This document shows, piece after piece, positions 62,519 to 64,000 of a stretch of 64,000 nt of DNA (position 1 is its first letter; each line of letters begins with the position of its first letter). The notes beneath the pieces were generated by a model that worked only from the letters and a program-made list of their open reading frames with translations, was not told where the DNA came from and searched no databases. This DNA is from Histomonas meleagridis 2922-C6/04-290x (Eukaryota > Protista > Parabasalia), in assembly GCA_020184695.1 (NCBI GenBank), contig JAANOX010000224.1:186001-250000 (forward strand), written 5' to 3'. Position numbers and translations under genes: made by a program.

Positions 62519-64000
62519 ATGATGTACTTTGTTTTCTCTGTTTTATTATTCTATAAAAGTTTTCAAATATCTCAATTTTTTGTCACAGAAGATGGAATTT
62601 TTGAATATGGCTTTCAGGAGTCGTCAGGTGATCTTGTTCTTACAAACATTCTACAAAACATTGTCGGCAATATAATTATTCCTTCAACAATTCAACATGA
62701 AGGTAAAAATTATGCTGTGACTCGATTAGAAATTAATCAAAACCTTGTTGGTAATCTAACAGGTGATCTAAAAATTTCAGACACAGTTACAACAATTGGA
62801 AATAATTTTTTCAAAGAACAAGAGATTACATCACTTCATTTAGGATCTGGTTTAAAATCCATTGGTGATTATTGCTTTGCATACTGTAATAAACTCAAAA
62901 ATATAATATTTCCTTCTTCACTGGAAGTAATTGGGAAATGTGCTTTTATGGAGACTAACATTAATTCATTTATCTTACCAGAAAATTCAAATCTTCAAAT
63001 CATTAATGACCAAGCATTTTTTCATACAAAATTAGTTGGAGATATTAAATTTCCTCAAACCCTTGTACAAATTGGTAATGAGTGTTTCAAAGAATTAGAT
63101 ATTACTTCAATATCTTTCGGAACATCAGCAGCACTTGAAATTGGATATTCAGCCTTTGAGAAATCAAAATTAAATTGTGATTTAAAATTTACAAATGATA
63201 ATTTAACCATTGGCTATAATTGTTTTGATCATACAAATATTACACATTTCGAAGTTAATGCAAAAAATTTTGTAAATATATTATCATATGCCTTTTATAA
63301 ATGTTCGTTCTTGAAAAAAGTTAAAATTTCACAAAACCTTTGTGGAACAAGAATTTTGCAAAGTTCTTTTGAAAAATGTGAGAATCTTATATCATTTGAA
63401 GCTAATAGTTTATTGAATATTTCGTCCGCTTTGGTAAGTGAATGTAAGAATTTAGAAACTTTTACGATTAGCGGATTATTTCGAGACTCTAAAATTTTGG
63501 TATCAACATATGGTTGTCCTAAACTTTCAGAAGTTTCTTTAAGCAATGCAAATTATTTACTTTTAGATGCATTTGTTTCTGTCGAAACACTTGAATATAT
63601 TTACTTCTATAATTCAGATATCAATTTTTCTAAATATTCATTTAACAATTGTCCACTTTTCAAAAATATTATACTTATTGGTTCAAAAATTGATGTTATT
63701 GAATCTTTTGCATTTTATAAATGTCCTCTATTAGAATTTGATAGTTCCATTTCATTACGTATGGAATCACATGCATTTCAAGAATCATGTTTACAAACTT
63801 TTACTTTTAATGTTTCAGTAATTCCTTCTTATGCAATTTCAGGATCATTAACATTAAAATATATTCGAATTACAAAAACTGTAACTTATATTTCTGCACA
63901 TTTTATAGAACAATGTCCTAATTTTATATCACTTGAATTTCTTGATCCTGAATCAGATGGAAATGATTTAATTATTGGTAATGAAGCATTTTGGAAAATG
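62519..64000 (+). CDS. BspA-like (TpLRR) surface protein, 5' part; runs off the window edge and is absent from the ORF track
   Basis: From ATG 62519: MMYFVFSVLLF signal, IIIPSTI, ISDTVTTIGNNFF, LKSIGDYCFAYCNKLKNIIFPSSLEVIGKCAF and FPQTLVQIGNECF. No stop found by hand translation up to 64000. Confidence 0.85.
   Translation, partial: MMYFVFSVLLFYKSFQISQFFVTEDGIFEYGFQESSGDLVLTNILQNIVGNIIIPSTIQHEGKNYAVTRLEINQNLVGNLTGDLKISDTVTTIGNNFFKEQEITSLHLGSGLKSIGDYCFAYCNKLKNIIFPSSLEVIGKCAFMETNINSFILPENSNLQIINDQAFFHTKLVGDIKFPQTLVQIGNECFKELDITSISFGTSAALEIGYSAFEKSKLNCDLKFTNDNLTIGYNCFDHTNITHFEVNAKNFVNILSYAFYKCSFLKKVKISQNLCGTRILQSSFEKCENLISFEANSLLNISSALVSECKNLETFTISGLFRDSKILVSTYGCPKLSEVSLSNANYLLLDAFVSVETLEYIYFYNSDINFSKYSFNNCPLFKNIILIGSKIDVIESFAFYKCPLLEFDSSISLRMESHAFQESCLQTFTFNVSVIPSYAISGSLTLKYIRITKTVTYISAHFIEQCPNFISLEFLDPESDGNDLIIGNEAFWKM

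Noticed and set aside
2048-63546. Numerous 60-170-aa ORFs overlapping the main genes (for example 3846-4148, 25611-26024, 36887-37390, 30865-31317, 20285-20575)
   Set aside because: They are antisense or off-frame shadows of real CDSs, or AT-rich/repeat DNA, with non-ATG starts and no domain motifs.
1-64000. Alternative genetic code (stop-codon reassignment)
   Set aside because: All well-recognised genes are uninterrupted and end at TAA, TAG or TGA at expected positions.
1-64000. Transposon (Maverick, mariner, Mutator) or endogenous virus
   Set aside because: No DDE/integrase, protein-primed polymerase, packaging ATPase or capsid motifs, and no terminal inverted repeats or target-site duplications were recognised.

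Overview
Gene-dense, AT-rich eukaryotic DNA read in the standard genetic code, most consistent with a parabasalid (trichomonad/tritrichomonad). This is inferred from BspA-like LRR surface proteins, a large multi-TM PAS-adenylate cyclase, RRCSGTTD (M3-type) and TCAY (Inr-type) motifs next to start codons, and CTAAC-N3-6-AG intron ends. The window holds about 28 protein genes and one tRNA-Asp(GTC). Housekeeping genes include RFC1, two importin-beta-family proteins, LSm5, TBCD, a Raptor-like protein, Rab1 and a lidless HSP70. Several genes look bacterial: a secreted Zn-dependent phospholipase C of the alpha-toxin/PC-PLC type, an adjacent secreted tandem-SH3b protein, and a RibD C-terminal-domain reductase. 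Signals the ORF track misses: (1) Rab1 is split by two tiny introns (25 and 23 nt) around a 14-nt micro-exon. (2) A perfect-phase array of 56 x 32 bp fills the space between two tandem genes and supplies the stop codon of the upstream one. (3) A BspA-like surface gene is broken only at poly-T/poly-A runs. (4) A CHD-type remodeller has lost its ATPase motifs. (5) A TRIM37-like gene has its B-box upstream of the first ATG, behind an orphan 3' splice site. (6) An unannotated BspA-like gene runs off the right edge. No CRISPR array, rRNA or recognisable transposase was seen. No database search could be run; family calls come from motif recognition by eye.
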